Part shown: piece after piece, positions 61,151 to 64,000 of the stretch
Layout: each line of letters starts with the position of its first letter
How positions within the stretch are numbered: the first letter of the stretch is position 1
DNA from: Podarcis vaucheri
Taxonomy: Eukaryota
Assembly (NCBI GenBank): GCA_965113315.1
Contig: OZ220368.1
Strand: one strand, 5' to 3'
DNA: 64,000 bases
Notes under the pieces: generated by a model
What the model was told of the DNA's origin: nothing
What the model saw: the letters and a program-made list of their open reading frames with translations, nothing else
Databases searched by the model: none
Program-made: the position numbers and the translations under genes

Positions 61151-61989
61151 GAGGAGGGATCTTCTTCAGGACCTCAGCAGGAGATTGTCCCCTTCCCCAC
61201 CTGGCTGAGATAATCACTAGGCCCCCCACCTTGCACTAAGGGTATATGCATTTCAAAAACAAAAACTAATGCAGACACTTTCTGCTAAAGAAAAAACTGG
61301 CTCTTTCCCCTCCTTTGTTAACTAGGCAAACTTTTTAGCATAATTGAGGTTATGTTTCAACAAGTTCAAGGACACCTCAGCAGACTCTACAGTGTTTTCA
61401 AGAAACAAGGACCTGCAACGAAGACTGAACAGGCTGTTGTTTCAAAGTCTGCAGCTACGTTATCTCGTGTCCCTGAAGTCTCTTATCAAGTCAAGCGGCA
61501 TGTTGCTACTATCTTTCAAGCAAAAAACATAGCCATGAGAGTCAATTACTGCTCTCCAAGGCAGCTCGGCGTGACAGTCCTCAACTTCTGAGGGGAAAAA
61601 CTAGGGAAGGAATTGTGTGGGAGGAGGAAATCCTGCTTGCACCCCGCCAACTACCGCAAGAGGTGATTCAGTGGAGGCAGGAGTTTGTTTTCCCACACGA
61701 AGCTTTCATTGTTTGATTAGTCTAAATCACTCTGTAAGGTAAGCGTAAAACCTATAATGGCCAGGCACCTTATTATTTCACACAAATCAGAGCTAACGTC
61801 TCCTATTTGTTTATTCACATTCACATGGATTTTTGCACATTTCATCGGAAAGAACTATAGCTAGCAAATGCACTGGGAAAAATGCTTCAAGGCAAGTCCT
61901 ATTCTCATCTATTCTTTCAGAGAGCGTCTTAAAGGGTGGAGGATGCAGAAATGATCATCCTCCGAGACCCTTCTTTGTATGTCTCCTCC

Positions 61990-62260
61990 ATGAGAGATTT
62001 GGAGGGTGGCAACATGAGAACGGGCTCCTCTGGAACCTTCATTACTTATCTTTAGGCACCAGGTGAAAATGTTTCTCTATAGCCAGGCCTTTGGCTGATT
62101 AACATCCTGTGGCCTTTTAAATGTGTTTGTGGGAGGGGAGTTATTGGTTTGTTTTACTGCATATTTTGTGCTCTCATTTTTCATTTTATATGTTGTGAGC
62201 TGCCCTGTGAGCTTTGGATGAAGGGCGGTATACAAATTTAATTAATAATGATAATAACGC
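61990..62260 (+). mobile_element. L2-like LINE 3' end
   Basis: ...gccctgtgagctttggatgaagggcggtatacaaatttaattaataat tail. Confidence 0.55.
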
Positions 62261-63040
62261 TGACAGTGGAAAGAGAGGTTCGTGCTGGTTGTCAAGACAA
62301 GCTTTTATTCATTATTTCCAAGCACTGTGGAAATATGGGCTACAGATAAGCAACTTCTACTAAAAATAATTTAAGGCATTAGGCAGAGTACATGTTAGAT
62401 TACTGGTACATGGTTATGTATTTATTTTATTAATTTCATAAAATTTATACACTGCCTGATTGTGTGTGGGGTTTTTTAAACCACCCTCAGAGCATTTTAC
62501 AAATACTGCAAAGGAACATTTGCTCTTCTTATGCAAATACTTTTAGTTTACAAACTGCCAGAATGTCCCATTGATTTTAAAGGGATATTTCCTGCATTAG
62601 CAACATTTATGTGTGTCCAAATGCTAGTTTAATAGGGCCTCTCCCTTCTGTGCAGTGTCAAAGCAGCATTGCTTTGGAGTATAATTTGACATTTTACAGC
62701 AGCTTGTGAAGCAGAGCACAATTACTCCCGAAACACACTGTCACAGAGATACATGCACTATGTCTGATGCTACTCATTGCACTGAATAGTGTCACAGACC
62801 CTACACTGAGAATCCTAACTGTAGCTGCTGAAAGATAGTTTGCTAGTGTTACCACCTGCTTACCTTAACCAAGTGTTGGAGATCACACAGTCCGGGCAAA
62901 CTGAATTATTGTTCTTCCTCTTCCTTGGTTGCACTCAGAATATTAATGAAGATTGAAGCCACCTCCCATGGCTGCATGCGGTAAGTGACTCATTTTGAAA
63001 TAGTGCTTTTGAACAGGAACTATTGCAAAAATAGAAGGGG

Positions 63041-63817
63041 AAGTTAACAACCCAATGCCAACCACATCAGACTGAGGACACATGCTTTAAAAGCAAATGG
63101 TATTGTTTAAGCTGCAGGAAATGCTTCCTGCAGCATAGAGGAGGCCACTGTGTGGTTGGTCACACCTGCAGGCAGGCAGCCACTGTTGACTATATTAGGC
63201 AAATAGGAGGCTGTCTTATACTGAGTCAGATCATTTGTCCATCTACACTGACTGGCAGCTGCTCTCCAGGGTTTCAGGCCAGAGTGTTTGCAGCTGTATC
63301 TGCTGATGCCGGAGACTGAACTACTAACCACTAAGCTACAATCCTTTTCCAAATCACACTCTCCTCCTGCTGTTGCAAAATTGGCTCACACAGCTGTTCT
63401 GCTTAACCAATCAGAATTGTCAACCAACTTTGGCTGCAATAGGCACCAACCCAACTCTCCCTATTTGTCTTCTGATAGTAGGTTATCTCATATATTTTCA
63501 AGCCCTGTTGGTGGGAAATATTGGAATTCCTTGAAAGTTTCAGGAGTGAGAAGTGAGAAGATCAGTAATGGTGGGCATCCACCACACCTTTCATCACTGC
63601 TAGGAAATCCATTGGAATTCACAACAGCTGGGGAGTGTTGGGTGTATTCTAGGTACACTCTCAGTTTGCCAGGGGAAATGGCTAATTCCAGCAGGCTTAC
63701 CCAGCACCCTGTAAGAAAAGTTAACAACCCAATGCCAACCACATCAGACTGAGGACACATGCTTTAAAAGCAAATGGTATTGTTTAAGCTGCAGGAAATA
63801 CTTCCTGCAGCATAGAG
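63041..63817 (+). repeat. 100-bp direct repeat pair (63041-63140 and 63718-63817), one mismatch
   Basis: Direct base-by-base comparison. Confidence 0.93.
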
Positions 63818-64000
63818 AATACCACAGAATACATACCAAAATCCTCTTTAACATACAGAGTTAAGAGGAGGGTACTCCACAAGCAGGCTGCCACTACAGA
63901 AAAGACCTGTTCTCCATTCCCTAACTCAGTGGATCTTGGTAAGTGAAGGGAGTCTTGGGAAATTAATCCTGCCGTCCAGTCAGCGCTTCCCCTGTGCAGC

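Noticed and set aside
1-64000. CRISPR arrays, operons or other prokaryotic systems
   Set aside because: Eukaryotic intron-exon DNA; no regularly spaced repeat-spacer array seen.

Overview
Vertebrate genomic DNA, almost certainly a squamate (lacertid-like lizard, judged from Sauria SINE copies). Three intron-containing genes were reconstructed by hand from GT-AG splice sites with consistent exon phases. (1) The 3' ~85% of CEP250/C-Nap1 (+ strand, 24 exons in the window, stop at 28006), with one exon carrying an apparent internal coiled-coil repeat expansion. (2) Complete ERGIC3 (+, 29934-48407, 383 aa) plus a 15-nt alternative microexon. (3) A complete, intact 325-aa ST3Gal I/II-type alpha-2,3-sialyltransferase on the - strand (57247-49299), convergent with ERGIC3. 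From its CEP250/ERGIC3 neighbourhood it is probably ST3GAL8, the paralogue reported as inactivated in mammals (remnant C20orf173). The two convergent genes appear to share an overlapping, two-way poly(A) signal. Introns contain decayed L1, CR1 and L2 LINEs, several SINEs, and many non-autonomous hAT and Tc1/mariner elements, including a young, CpG-rich 1.37-kb hAT with captured sequence. No prokaryotic-type systems (CRISPR, operons) are present. Comparisons to human genes are from recalled knowledge, not database searches.
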